Assembly: GCA_046563655.1 (NCBI GenBank)
Contig: CM102289.1
Coordinates: 5,766,001 to 5,830,000, forward strand
Reading direction: 5' to 3'
DNA length: 64,000 nt
Origin: Yuukianura sp. NJ FZ-2021
Taxonomy: Eukaryota
In this document: positions 50,661-64,000 of the stretch, one piece after another
How the letters are laid out: every line of letters starts with the position of its first letter
How positions within the stretch are numbered: position 1 is the first letter of the stretch
Made by a program: the position numbers and the translations under genes
The notes under the pieces: model-generated
Database searches by the model: none
What the model was told of the DNA's origin: nothing
Seen by the model: the letters and a program-made list of their open reading frames with translations, nothing else

Positions 50661-53058
50661 TTCAAACTGAACAGCAGGCGATACGTTCAGATTTGTATTT
50701 GGCGGGTAAACTTGAAGAGCCCGCTCTAAATTGATCCTTTCCTGGACACTGCTAATGTCCAACTGATCGTCTGCTCCTGCTTCTGGGAAGCTGAAGCTTC
50801 CTTTATGAAACCACGGAATTTTGCTAGCAATTTTTTATGCTCCGCCTCTGTTTAAACAAAACAATTCCGTGTAGAGTTTAAACAGTTTTTGAAAGAGTAC
50901 AAATTAAAGCTAATTGACAGCAAGCGCAGGAGGAGTTGATACACATATTTAAGGAGATGAAAACAAAGAAGAAAAAAATGGTTCTCACCACTTGAAAAAA
51001 GTTGTGGCTTGTTTTCCCTGGAATTGTCTCCTAAATTTTTTGTGTTTTAATAAAAAATTGTCATGAAATTTTAAAACTTTTGACAACTTGAGGCAGGACA
51101 ATAATTTTCTTTTTAACTTTTGACTAATGGCCTCTTGGCACTTGACGCGTTTTAATTTTTTCTCAGAGAGTCGTTAAGAGTTACACGCTCATTTCAAAAA
51201 TGAATCTTAAATTTTTTAGAAGTTGGTTAAGTTCGGTGATCTTTGCTCAACTGGTCCAGAATTGAAATTTGTTCTTTATCAAAACCTAAGATGTTAATAT
51301 AATCTTCCAGCATAGCATAAGCATCTATACTTGTAAGGGCGAGTCGAAATTTCCAAACTTTTTTTTTGAAATGACATCAAGGACTTAAATTAAGATCATT
51401 TGACAAATTAAGAAGTTGGAAATTATGCTTCAACAGGAAAATGGACTAAAACAATGACAGTGTTAATAAGGTAAGGAGATCACTTCGGTAGCTAAAGACA
51501 CTGCTGGGAATCTAAATTCCAATTTAACCGCCATTGTTTTACTTGACGTTGATTGCCTCATCATTGAAATTTGCGTAACATCAAAGTTAACTAAGAAAAA
51601 TTCGAGCTTCAGATGAAAACGTAAAAAGTCTGGCGCATGTCGCCAAACAAATTTGCAAGCGTATATGCATTATCAGGGGTCGTCACGTGCTAAAAACGAA
51701 AGATTGGCCTTTACATTCCACAAATCCAAACATTTAATTGTAATTTTGACGTTTCGCTTAAATACTATCAGAAATGTAATTAATTATAACGAGCGGGTTA
51801 GTAAAGTATTTTCATATGATTTTCTCATTTTTATTTACAAAAAAAACACAAATACACACTTTTATCCTGACAAAAAATGAGAGCTTCAGTGATTATTGAA
51901 CAGCTGAAAAAAAAATATTGAGCAACTGAAGTAAAAATAATATATACTTTTGTATTAAAATTTACATTCTATTTAAAAATAATAACTAATACAAACATGA
52001 TTTATAAAAATGGCAGCGCTTGTCTGATGGCAGAAAAGTAGATTCATGTAGAGTTTATTACACGATGTCAAATGCTGCGGTTTTGTTCTTCTCTGATGTT
52101 ATTATAACTGAAATAGGTATTTTGAAGAACTTTAATTTTTGTACTTTTTAGTAAATATTTATTATAATATGTAACAAATTTAATGTAAAGTGATATTGTA
52201 ATAATAAATTGCGACGAGATGAGGTACTTACATTTGTTCTGCTGTGGCCACGCATATTGCTGTTGAGCCAATTGGTGCCTATGCTGCCTATTCTTGCAAA
52301 TTTCGCTGATAATCCAACAAACCTGCAATAAAGATTTTGTTCATTATTCATTAACATAAAAATTAGTGACGAATATAAGTAAATTTGAAAAGTTTACTTA
52401 CAGCGAATATGGACCAAATAAAGTGTACGATAACCAAACCGTAAAAGCCGATGTAGTACATTTTCACCAAGAGTAACAAAAAACTTTTTTCAATATAAGA
52501 CAAATTTGTGTTTTAGGTAGATGTTTCCTCACCGAATTTCGAAATTGAACTGAAAGTCATCCGAAAATTTGTTTGTATTTTTTGACCAAAATGGTCACCG
52601 GATTAAAGCTTGTATTTTTAAAATTTTGTTCATTGTTTTCTGCAGCCCCGAAATACCGAAAACCAACCCTCAAGACAAAAGATTTTACTTGAGCTAGTCC
52701 ATTTCTGAAAACAAGTTAAAAAAAACTTACAAAAATCGTTTTTTTTGTAAATTTTTGTACAAAAATAAACAATTCTAAACCGTTTTGTTTTAAGTGGAAA
52801 AATTCCACGTAATTGTCTTGCATTTAATTTAATGAAGAGTTAAACTTATTTAAGTGACGTCTTGTGCGTAAATAGAACAGTGACATCTAAGAAGAAGATT
52901 TTCAAAATTTTCAAAAACGAATGATAAATAACTTTAAACATGCGCAGAAACGTGTGCATATAAAAACTAAGGTAAATTCAAGGCCTCGTACGTTGACTTT
53001 CAGCAAAAGTTTCAGGTACTTAGCTTAATTTTCAACTCAATATAATTTTTAGCTGTTC

Positions 53059-56000
53059 TTAGGATTGTCTGCCGGAGTACTTGGCTGCGTAGTGTTGTAA
53101 AACCTCGTAAATGTGTCTGTACTGATCCTTGGTTTGAACTGCGCCTGCGCGGTCATGCCTCAACTGTTTCACGATTTGCGGAATGTCAACCTTCCTATCA
53201 GCATCCAATTGCTTCAGTCCAATGTCACAAGCGACAAGAGTTCCACTACGACCAGTGCCAGGGCTAAAAAAAACAACACAAATTTAGGGTTAACATTGAG
53301 AGGTCAAGAGGTCAACGAATTTTTTCATGACTTGTCGACTTTTAAAAGCATGTTTTACCAAAGGTTAGTGACCTCAACGCTTACCTGCAATGGACTAGGA
53401 TTGGATTGGGTTCTCGCGTGTACTTGCGCGACTTCAGGAGAAAGTCTACTGTTGACTGCGGATTTTGTGCAACGCCTTTTTCTGGCCAAGAGTGATACCA
53501 CAAGTGAACAACGTCACGACGCAAACTCCGAGCCATGTCCTAAACAAATTCCAAAAAAATTGTTTTGAAGATCTAAATGCTGAACTTCTTATTTTTTGTG
53601 TTTGTTTGAACTTACTTTTAGAACAAGGAATGACGTTATGCAGTTTTCTGTCACTTCACGTTTTTCTAGTGTAACTTGGAAATCTCCATGTAACTGACTA
53701 CACTCTACGGTTTCAGACCTTGGATAATACTCGGCACATTTTGGCTGAAAAGATGTACATGAGTTTTAAAAAAAACTTCCAAGATTTTGAATTTTTTTTT
53801 AACAAATTGACTTACAATTCCCGCTTCAGCAAAATCCGTAACCATAAAAATGACTCGCACTTGCTGCTCCCAAATCATTCGCCAAAAGTCGACTAAAGTT
53901 TCTTCTAGCGGCCCTTGTGTTATAATATACGCCTTCGCACTACCACTTGCTCCCTAAAACAAATTGAGCAAAAAAAAGTAATTTTAAAAATTGTTCGAAA
54001 ATTTTTGTGGATGTCAAAAAAGTGGAAAAGTCACTTACTTGTACAAAGTTTGCATTGATGTAATCCGAATTTGGCTGCTCGTCTTGAAATGTTAGGAGAA
54101 CTCTCGTATCAGGCATTGGGATAACATTGGCGTACCGATTTTTGGATTCGGCTCCAGCCGGAATGTCATCCAGTGTTGGCAGCACGCTCGGAATTTTTGA
54201 AAATTCTTCAAAAATCCCGCCAACTTCTTTCACAGCAGTTCCAAGCCCATCGACATCCAACGGTCGAGTTGGAGCGTTCTAAAAATTGAAAGTTCGGACG
54301 GATTAAAAATAAAATATAAAGGGATAGTTTTTTTAAATTTTCAAAATTTCGAAAAATGTCGGGTCACGTACGGGGTCATCGAACCCTGCATTGGTGTAAG
54401 ACCTTTTCGAAGCTCTATTTCTCTGTTTCCTGCGGAAACTGTTGAAGACTGAAATGTTGTCGAGACTGTAGTCATCGAGGGTAACTGGCGTACATCTTTT
54501 GGCAAAATTATTTTGAGCCTGACGATGTCTCATCACAAGCTGCAAAGAAACAAAACAAAAATTGCCAATATTAGAAAAAAAAAGTCAATGCCACACTGCT
54601 TACAAATCTTATTGAGAATTTGAGAACGTCAAGCCTCATTTAAACATAAACGTTGCGATTTGAAACAGTGCAAACCAGAACATAAAACTTTCTGTTTCCA
54701 TTCCATTAGTCTTTGCAGCAAAATTTGAATTTGGTCCTTTTTGTGCAATTTTTGAAAACCAAGAAAAAATCACTACAATAACTATAAATTGTTACCAAAA
54801 TTATGCCAAGGATGAGGAGACAAAGAGCAGCAATGGAAGCAACGGAGATGGCAGCGATGACGCCAGTATTTTCATTGGCCGGGGTTTCTCCACCAATCAA
54901 ATCCGTTGATATGATCATCTCAACTTTTTTGATCTATAACAATATTCCAAAATTTAGAAAAAAAAAATGTTTTTTTTTGTTAACTTTTTCAAAAATTAAT
55001 TACTTTGTTAAATAAAAGAAGTCCCCCTTGGTCATTAGTAACATTCCAGAGGTCAATGAACGATTCCGTGAGCAGTTGATCATAAGTTCCATTTTTGTGT
55101 AAAATGTAAACATAGACTGCATAGAGGGCGGGAGCTGGCGTAGCATTTTCAAAATCCGAATTTTCGCGCTTCGTTTTGTTTTCCTTTATTTCCCAATCCT
55201 CTGCTATTTCCTTTCCATTTACAGCACTGGATGCACTGTTTGTCGCTGGTGAACTATTTGAACTTCGGCGCTTCGCTGATTTCAGTTTGGCAGCTATTGG
55301 GTTGCTACAATGCGGTTCGTGGTATACGACAACTTGATCCAGTGTAATTTGTCTGAAAATCAAGAGGAACAAGCGATTAACAGTTAAAAAAATAAACATT
55401 TTAGTTTACATAAGGTAAAGCTTTTTACTTCCTCATAATCACGGTTTGAGTAACCTAAATTCTTTCATTTTAAATTTTTTGAAAAAGTGACTAAAAATGT
55501 ATGTTTGTACTGTTTTTCTTTGCATTGAAGCAATTTGCAATAAAGGAAACAAAGTACACAATTTTTTAGTACTCAAAAATTGTGGGCAGAATCATAACAA
55601 TTATTCAGTGAGGCGAAAACGTGCAAAAATGACGCTCCCATACAATTATTCACAGAACCACAACAATTCAATAGGCAAAGTCTAAGCCTTCTAATCATGC
55701 CCAGATTTCACATTTGTTCTACTTTGAAAACAAAAAAAAATCGTTTTTTTTAACTTTTTTAAAATTTAAGTTCTCACCTATTGTTGTATTTGTACACGAG
55801 AATGATAGTTTCCTTGAAGGCTTTCAGGTTGAAGCAAAATTGAGCTGGCGGAATGTCCAGAAAAATTTGAATGTACGAAGGCACCGCTGGAAAATGAAAA
55901 TGCGATTCGGAATTTCCCGAAATTTCACTCCCTACTTCATTTTCTCGTCCTGTTGTAGAAACAATACTCTCATGATTATGATCATTGTGATGATCATTAT

Positions 56001-59000
56001 GATTGTGATGATCATTAGGATGATCATTTGCATCGGCTGGTGTAGGAGTCACTGGAGGATCTCTTGGCGCATGCGTCGTTCCGCCCAACTTTTTGGCTTC
56101 TACTTCCACTGCTGACTCAGAGGCTAGAGTCGGATCCGGACCTTTACGAATGTCGTTTTCCTCGAGATGCGTCGATTCCGGTGTCGTATGATTCGGTGGT
56201 AGCTCGGGACCGGTTTGAAACGTCGCTCCTGATTGGTTCGGTACGTCTGTTTTGAGACCAACGACATCCCAGTTGAGGAACGTAGTGGTTGAGGTAGGCT
56301 GGATGAAGTTCTTAACGTTATTGTTCCCCAGTCCAGGGTGATGATGAGGTTGAGCATCGTCGGGTTGATGATCAGGATGATGATGAATTTGATGATCATG
56401 TTGATTTTGAGTATGATCATCGTCATCTTCGTCTGATGGATAAGTAAAAGAATACTCTTTTGAAGAAGTGAAAGTGTAGTGTGTGGAAGTAAAGTGTGGA
56501 TATTCCTCAGTTGAGTAAAATACGCTTTTGTATTCCTTTGAGGTCATCAGTGGAGACGGGTCAAGGTCAAAGGTTCCCCGAGGTGAAGTCACTTCGAAAT
56601 CTTGCTGATGATCTGACTCAGTGTCTGCATCTACACGGATGTCACTCGACGGCGACATTGATAAAACGCTACGTTCAGCCGATGTCGAAGCAATACTGAA
56701 AACCTCTGGGGTTTTTACTTTTACGTTTGAGCTTTCTTTGTTGCTGAAATTCTTCGTAAAAAGTTCAGATTCTGGAAGCGTTGGAGTTGGAACGACTAAA
56801 AAGTTGACGAAATTTTCATTCTGAACGTTTTCGACGTGTGGAGGGCGTGGTTCTGCGGAAGGCTGTGATTGGCTGGACGCACTCATTTTTTCCGTGACAG
56901 TGACCGTGACTGTGATTTGTTTAACTTTGACCTCCGGTTCAATTTGTTTTGATTTCGCATCTTGCTGAAAGTAGTCACGGTAAACAGGAGAAACTGGATG
57001 GGTAAAGTGATCGTCTTCCGATGCGTCAATAATTATCGGAGGAGTTGTGGGCGTGGTCAACGGTGTCGCAGGAATGTTTTCATCTAGCGACGACATTTCC
57101 GGTGTCGAATGTCGTAGAAAGTCTTTTCCATCAGCTGATCCTTCTACGCCGTCGTCGTCATGCTCCTCCCATGCTCCACCTGTAATTCCAAACTCCTCCG
57201 TATAAATTCGACTAGACGTAAAAACTGGCGGGAAAGAAATTGACGACGAATATTTGAATTTGTAAATTCCGTCGGGGTACAATGTAAAGTCTTCGTCCGG
57301 GTCAAAGGTCGGCGGTGGAGGCATTGGACCACGGTGGACATCAGCCCAGGGTAAAGATGATGAAGCGTGGAGTTCAGGAACCTCCTGCGCCTGTGCAGAT
57401 GAGTCGGTTGGTTTCGGCGTTGGAAGTGTCGGAATCCGAGTCGTTCCGATCTTTACTTTTGGATTCCGTATCGTCGGGTAATTTGTAGTAGTTGGCGGAA
57501 TTTCAGTTTCCGAAGAAAGAGTTTCATTAGCCGGAAATTGTTGAGCAGGACGGCGGGAAATTTCAAATTTTGTTTGGCGTTTAGGACTTTGACTAGACGG
57601 GAAAGGAGTGGTACTTGGCAGTTCAGTGGTATCCGATGACAATATGAATTGTGCTGCCGAAGTACTAGCACCATTGTCGCTTGAATTTGAAAGTTCTGGA
57701 GTAATCACAGTCGAGGTTTGATTTTGCCGCCGTTTGAGTATTCTATTGTAGTTGGTCGGATTGTATGATATTGGGGGTGGAGACGGGCGGGATTTGAGTA
57801 CGGTTTGAATATTGTTGAAACCTGGAGTAGTTGCTGTTCTTGTCGTAGGAGAAACGCGACTTCCAAAATGGCGCCCAGCCTTGACGACCACTGATGACGA
57901 AGAGCTCGTGACACTCGTAGTAGTTTCTGACGAATCAGAAGCAGCTTGTTCCGTATCACTCGGTGTCTTCGGAGAAACACTTTTAACTTCCGCGGGACTT
58001 CTGGTTGTCGTAGAAGTCTCTCGCGTTGGTTGATCAGGTTCGTGGTTTTTCGGTTTGTCAGTAAAGTGTTCCGTTTCACTTGACGTCGTCATTGTGTCAA
58101 AGGTCAAGTCGAGGTCATTTGGCGTTGACGCCGGAACAGCGTCAACTTCAATTTCGTGCGGCGTCGAATCCTGTTCCTGGCCATTTTCAAGGCTTCGTCC
58201 AAAGATTGGCAGGACAAGGCCTAGAAATAGCCAACCAGCGACGAGGAACCGAACTAAAATTTAAAAAAAAATTAAAACAAATTTTTTTTTCGACCAAATT
58301 CTTTTCACATATGAATTAGGTGTTAATTAAGGAATTAAAAGTAAAAAATCCATTTCTCTTCTTCATTGTTATTTAAGTGTTTCATCGTATGTGCCATTGA
58401 AAACATTTCAAATTCTGTGCACGCATTCACTCATCCTTAAGTTTCGCATGTTCACATTTTCTGCCGGAAGCAAATCACGTTTTCCTGTAACTTCTGCACG
58501 TACCAAGAAACGTAGCTTTCTTTTTTTTATCAATGGTGGTGACGCTACGCAATTTTAAGTAGCATCTTCACAAAAGTCCTTGAAAAAAATCATTTTAAAT
58601 TTTTTGGTACCGCTATTTAGCCAATTTTAACACGCGAAAAATGAACTGAATTTTGAAATTTACAAAGAAACTTTTGTTGTGGTCCTCAGTATGTTATCGT
58701 ACAGTCATGTACAAGAAGCTTTTATTCGGGCTGAACTTTTTTTTTTACCGTTGCACGTCACACTAACTTATTCCAACTCATTTTTAAAGAGGTGACAAAA
58801 ACACTTAAACTCTACTTAACACCTCTTCAGAATATCAACAACAACAACATTTAGAATTATTCCGTTCTCAGAAACTTGGAAGGTGAATGTTTTTTAAATT
58901 TTGAAATTTCGAAACATCAGTTTTCAGAATTGAAATTTTTAGAGTCGTGATAGACAATGACAAAAACTGAATGCGATCTGTCAAAAGAGGAAGTGCGGCC

Positions 59001-59261
59001 TCAAATTGTCTATTCTAAAAATAACTTAGCAAAAGGTGAGTGTTGACCCACATTGATTTTGGAACAATCCCATAAAGGCGAGCGGGAAATTTTAAAGTGA
59101 AAGTTTGACCATTTAAAAATTCCTGGGCTTACTTCTAACACTTCTGCCATTTAAATTTAACTTTCAAATTGACTTAAAAAATTACCTTTACTAATTAGTT
59201 GTTTCTGTTACATTTACAATTAAATAACTAATAGTTTTTTTTTACCTGAGCAAATGTTCAT
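53059..59261 (-). CDS. Receptor-type protein tyrosine phosphatase-like protein: signal peptide, mucin-like ectodomain, single TM helix, single PTP domain
   Basis: ATG 59261 exon MNICS(V) joins in phase 1 to [18 protein letters not shown] (signal-like) at 58253. A 2.5-kb S/T/P-rich exon spans 55779-58253. [25 protein letters not shown] (~54797-54865). PTP motifs [64 protein letters not shown] 53059-53061. Confidence 0.9.
55971..56030 (-). repeat. Coding low-complexity (GATCAT-like) repeat encoding [18 protein letters not shown]
   Basis: Repeated atgatc/atgatt units on +, within the large exon of the phosphatase gene. Confidence 0.7.
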
Positions 59262-62200
59262 CTTTGTCCAACTTTTGTAATCTTGCGATTCAAATTCCAA
59301 GAGCAGCGCATCTTCACTTACACTTGTCAAAGTTACAACTGACTAAAGATTATTGCACAACTTTCACACACATTTCCAAACGAGTTTTTTTCTGTCTTAA
59401 TTTCGTGACAGTGAAATTCCAAATGAACGAAAATTGCACTTTGGTTTGCAAAATTTTTAAAAGTCAAAGTCACCAACTTTTAAGCCCAATGTCAGTTCTG
59501 CTACGATTCCTTTTAAAGTGTTGAGGAAATACAAAAATGTGTTGTTTCCCAATGACAAGTAAACAGAACGGAATGTTTTTTCTGTAAGATGAACAACGTT
59601 GAGTCACCGTTCAGTCACTTTTTACTTGGAGCGTAGACAATTTCGCGATGAGCAGTCCATTGTTGTGCAAAAGTTGAACAATTGACGTCGTCGTTCTTTT
59701 TTCCCCTGCTGACGCCGTTTGAAGGGGGCGGGGGTTGCAAGGGGATGGTTTAGGAGAGGGTGGAAGAAAATTGCATTCCAACAAGATCACAATTCACAAT
59801 TTCGCAAATTGCCAAAATGGAGATTTGTCTTTCAAGGGAGGTCTGATACGCCCTGTGTCCTTAGCTTTCAGTTAACTTAGGTTTTAATTTTAACTTCAAC
59901 GCAATCAGATCATCTAAACGAGACGGAGAAAAATGTTAGTCTGAATTTTTTTAATTGTTTTGAACGCCAATGCACTTGCGTGAGTTTTGTACATAACCAA
60001 ACAAGGCTGTGAGGTGGGAGGTTCGAAATGTCAGAGGTCAAATTTCTACAAAAAGTGAAGTAATTTGATACCCGAAGTGTTCTGGCACTTTGGAAGGAGT
60101 GTTAAATTTTGTATACTTTTTAACAGTTGAAAACTTCAACTGCGCCGGAGTTGAATTTCTGGATTTGAAACTTGAAAGTTGAACTTCCAGATTATTCTGG
60201 ATTGTGTTCTACGAAATCCTGTTGGTCATTGCTTCATTGATTTCAAATTTTGACTTTGAGAAGGACGCGGTCACAAATTGTTGAAATTCGCAAACAGTTG
60301 CAAAAGAATAATTTTTTGCAGTATCACTCACTAGTTGCGCACTAATCCTTCGTTAGATGAGAATTTGTTGAGGGACGAGCACAGAACAATGCTTCGGGGC
60401 AATTTGCGCAATTTTGCAAATGTTGGCTACGTTGGCGTGATTGGTTCAATCCATTATTGCTTCAATGGACTCTGGGAAGAATTGATTGACCTTCAAAAGA
60501 ACAAAAAAGAAACCAGAGACTAGGTTAGAGGCAACGAAAATTAAAAATATGTAGAAATAAAATTTGTTAATTTTGCTTTTCAAAATATTGTTAGTACGCA
60601 GGAGCAGGAGGTGCAAATTTTTTGAATCTTGCGGCTTAATTTGTAGTAATGAGAAATGGATTTTTTGGCGGATACGGATGGGAGATGAAGGAGTTCATTT
60701 TCTATGCATGCGGTCAAGTCGAGATCGTTCAATTTTTTCTTTCTACTAGACATTCAAATTTACGTGCGCAGAAACAGTAACGTTGCCAAAAAAAAGTTGT
60801 TGAGCTAGATGTCCACGACTGTGTTGACCTTTGGATGACCTCTAATGGGAGGTGCCCTCTCCTTATAAAGCGTTTTTTATATTTGGCTCCAAGTGGACTC
60901 TGATGTCATGTCTGTCAGTAAAAGGTAAAGTACAAGGTTACGCGTGCAATTAATCGATCAAAATTGCACCAGTATTTAAAATAATTGCGGAAATCAAAGT
61001 TGGAAATGGAAAATTATAACGCGATGAATTTGAGTTCAATTTATTTCCGGGTCCGTACCTATTGTTATAACCATAATGTAGCTTTAAGTTAGTGTTAAGT
61101 TAGCTTTTAGGAATATTTAAGCTTATTAACTTAAGTTAATCAGGTTATGTCAGATAATAGGGTAATTATGAAATGCTAGTAGATTGATTAGGTTAACTAG
61201 GCTAAGTTGTAAGTTTCAGGATGCTCATTTCTAAATTTTTACTTGATTTTCGTGCAACTTACAAAAAGAGAATCCACGTTTTGCGTAAATTTGCTGGGAA
61301 AATCCCAAACGCTGTTTCTAAACTTTTCCACTGTGTTTACAGAAATTGTAAGGTGACAATTTGTGTGGATCCAATGGATACTTGGTATGTAACTGTACAT
61401 TCACCTTGTCTGTGATGGAGGGGACGACAGTCGAAATGTGAGGGAATTTTGAAATGGGCTACACTTGAACGTTAGTGTTGTTGCCTATGTGAAAGACATG
61501 GTTCAACTAAACTTCCTTAAAGATTTTACCTCTGTGATTGTTGCATGGTTCCCTACGTTAAATGGGGGATAGGTTTTGGGGGTTGTGGAATTTTAGGATC
61601 AAAATCCTATTGTTCCTCGGTACAATCCATTTCGACTATAGTACAAAAGTAACAGAAACGTCACCTCAACAATGACTAACAAACACTCACTAGCTCCCAT
61701 TGTTACAAAATCCAATTTCAAACTCACAAAAAATGTACCGAAAAAAATCAAAGTTACAAAAAAAGTTAACGTAAAACATAGTTTTAGCTGTAAATTCCGA
61801 CATTTTAATGGCACCGAGAACTCCTTGTATAGCTGACAAGGAAGCTTTCAGAAAATGAAAAGTTTTTGGATTTTGTGTTTTGAAAAAGTTGAACTTTGAA
61901 CAAGTTTTTGAGACAAACCCGAAAGTTTGTCGGTACTAAATACGTTTTTACCTGAAAAATTCCTTGAAGATGATGAAGGCGATGTTGTTGAAGGATTTTT
62001 TTTTCAAAACTTTTCCTTGAGGCAATGTTTTCCTTAATGTTTTTTATGTAAAATTTTTGTGAGCATTGCTCCACTTCCTTGAATCAAAAGCCCGGATCTG
62101 CACAATTACTTCTGCACGGGAGAGGTCAAGTCAAAAAACAATTCGTTTTGAGGGCACTGCCCACATTTCAAAAACTTCCTGCTTTGCAACTTTTTTTTTT

Positions 62201-63537
62201 CAAAAGTTTTCACAATTCAAATTATAAGCTTCGAACAATAGGTTTCTCTGGAACCGTGTCACGTCACTCTAGAAAACTGGACTAAAACTCCGACTAGCCT
62301 TGATGAGGCCTTTGCGTGTTCAAGAGCCATTGAGGCGGGAAGGCTCGAACTGTCGGAACGTAATGGAGCTCAAAATTCCCTCGGCCACTGCACTTTTACC
62401 CAGCCATTTGACACGTCCAATGTTTACCATCCGTCGAATAATGAGCCACGAGCTCTGTTCTTGACCAATTTGAGCGTTCAATGGCAGAAATTATTGGCTG
62501 AAAGTATGAATTAGAAATGAATTCACATGAACTAGACTTTTAGAAGAACGTCATACTAGAACATAGGATTTCGAAAAGGAAAATTCCTGTGAAGAGAAAA
62601 TCAATAACCAGTTGACATTTTGTATACAATCGATACATGGAGCCTTTCCAGATCCTGCTTTTTCTGGAGGTCATCGTTATAAATTTATGGCATTTTGGAA
62701 AGAAATGACACGGAAAAGCTAGGCCTTGGAAAGACAAGGATGTTTCAGTTTGATTTTTGGAGTTATATTTTTAGAACGTTGGTTTCAAAATAGTTAATAA
62801 TGAATTAGGATATTGGAACATGAAAACAAGGTGACACAGTTACACAAATTAGACCAAATCATGCAGACAATTGTTTCGAATTGGGAAATTGATTTCATGA
62901 TTTTGTGTATTATGCTCTGAACAATAGGTTATATAACTTCGGTTATATAATCTATACAATCCAGTAAATTAAGGTGAAAACAATTAACTGGGAGGATTAC
63001 ACAATTTCGTAATGATCTTTAGAAAATAATTGAGAAAAGATCAACTAGGTTCTTAATCTTAACTACAGAGATTGTCATCGCCATTAAGATTAAGATGATG
63101 GGGATCTATTGTGCAATTCATTAGCATAGTTACCATTGAAACAGAAATCGTTGGAGTTTGACTATAGCTACTTAAAAAATTGAATTAAAAAATAGCAAGT
63201 ATTATAGTGCATTATTATAGTGTTTCAATTTTTTTTTGTTAAAAAGTGTAACAAGATGAAATTAATTTCACTTTTTCTTTATTTGGTGTTGTAAATACAT
63301 TTTGATATAAAGCTAAAAATCTAACTTGGGTAACGTGAGAACTAATTTTCCCGCGAAATTCAAATTAGGCAAACCTTGACATTTGGAAAAAAAAACAACA
63401 CAACACAAACGAACGAATAATTTATTTTCTGCTCTTATGGTTTTTGTAGAAATTTTGTATTGATCAACCCTTTAATTCCTAATTTTAATTGACTTGACTA
63501 TAATTAATTAATCAAACTAACTTAGTTTAGTGAAAAG

Positions 63538-64000
63538 ATGTCGAATCTCGGGAACGAGCGTATTAGCAGTCCTGCACCGACGTATTTTTACGTAGGACGA
63601 GCAGCGCCCGAGACAAGTGGACGGGTTCACGCCGTTTATGCTGGTATTTTGGTATTGGCAAAGTTGTGTTCATCGTTCTCTATTTTTCTATTGGCCAATT
63701 TCATCAACACTAAGCTGTCCCATACTGTGCCTTGGATTGGAAATGGTCGAATAGTTCGTATGGGAATTCTGGCAGACTTTTCAGCCATTGTGCAAATTTT
63801 AACATTCATACAATTCGGGTAAGTATTGATTAATTTGGAATTGGATCAACAAGGAAGTTATTAGTTATAATATAATCAATCAAGTAGTGAATTTTGTGTC
63901 TCAGATCCGGTCTCCTCTTCTTAATAATCTTGAATGTACTCAAGCAAAACACGTTGCCAAAATTTGGATTAAAAGACATATGCAGTTGCAGAGACGTGTA
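63538..64000 (+). CDS. 5' part of a putative multi-pass membrane protein gene, truncated by the window edge
   Basis: ATG 63538 opens a 94-codon frame with hydrophobic segments ending at a strong GG|gtaagt donor (63818). The acceptor tctcag (63904) continues in phase without a stop to the window end (SGLLFLIILNVLKQNTLPKFG...). Confidence 0.55.

Noticed and set aside
50661..50834. Open in-frame extension upstream of the paralogue C ATG
   Set aside because: Closed by an in-frame TAA with no ATG; no evidence for a non-AUG start.
53113..53568. 151-aa plus-strand ORF
   Set aside because: Antisense shadow of phosphatase exons and introns.
1..64000. CRISPR arrays, prokaryotic operons, rRNA or tRNA genes, autonomous transposons
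   Set aside because: The sequence is spliceosomal-intron-rich eukaryotic DNA; no repeat-spacer array, complete tRNA, transposase or reverse transcriptase motif was seen.

Overview
AT-rich, intron-dense animal genomic DNA, probably arthropod (pancrustacean/hexapod-like; inferred from gene families, short GT-AG introns and TTAGG-like motifs). Contents in order: (1) a four-domain voltage-gated channel on + (~7.0-16.9 kb) with a DEEA selectivity filter (Nav2/DSC1 type) and a degenerate inactivation latch (ALL); (2) three co-oriented SLC12 Na-dependent cation-chloride cotransporter paralogues on - (18.3-28.2, 33.0-42.8, 44.4-50.7 kb); (3) NAXD on + between the first two paralogues; (4) a receptor-type tyrosine phosphatase-like gene on - (53.1-59.3 kb) with a mucin/His-rich ectodomain and altered catalytic loops ([13 protein letters not shown]); (5) the start of an unknown membrane-protein gene at the right edge. 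The main observation is that the three cotransporters keep the Na+ site but carry three different residues at the TM3 K+-site position: Tyr (NKCC-like), Asn plus loss of the TM6 Thr, and His in AMHTVGFAE (as in vertebrate NCC). This suggests a tandem array diversified in ion coupling. Exon boundaries were read by eye and are approximate; comparisons with reference proteins are from memory, not from a search.
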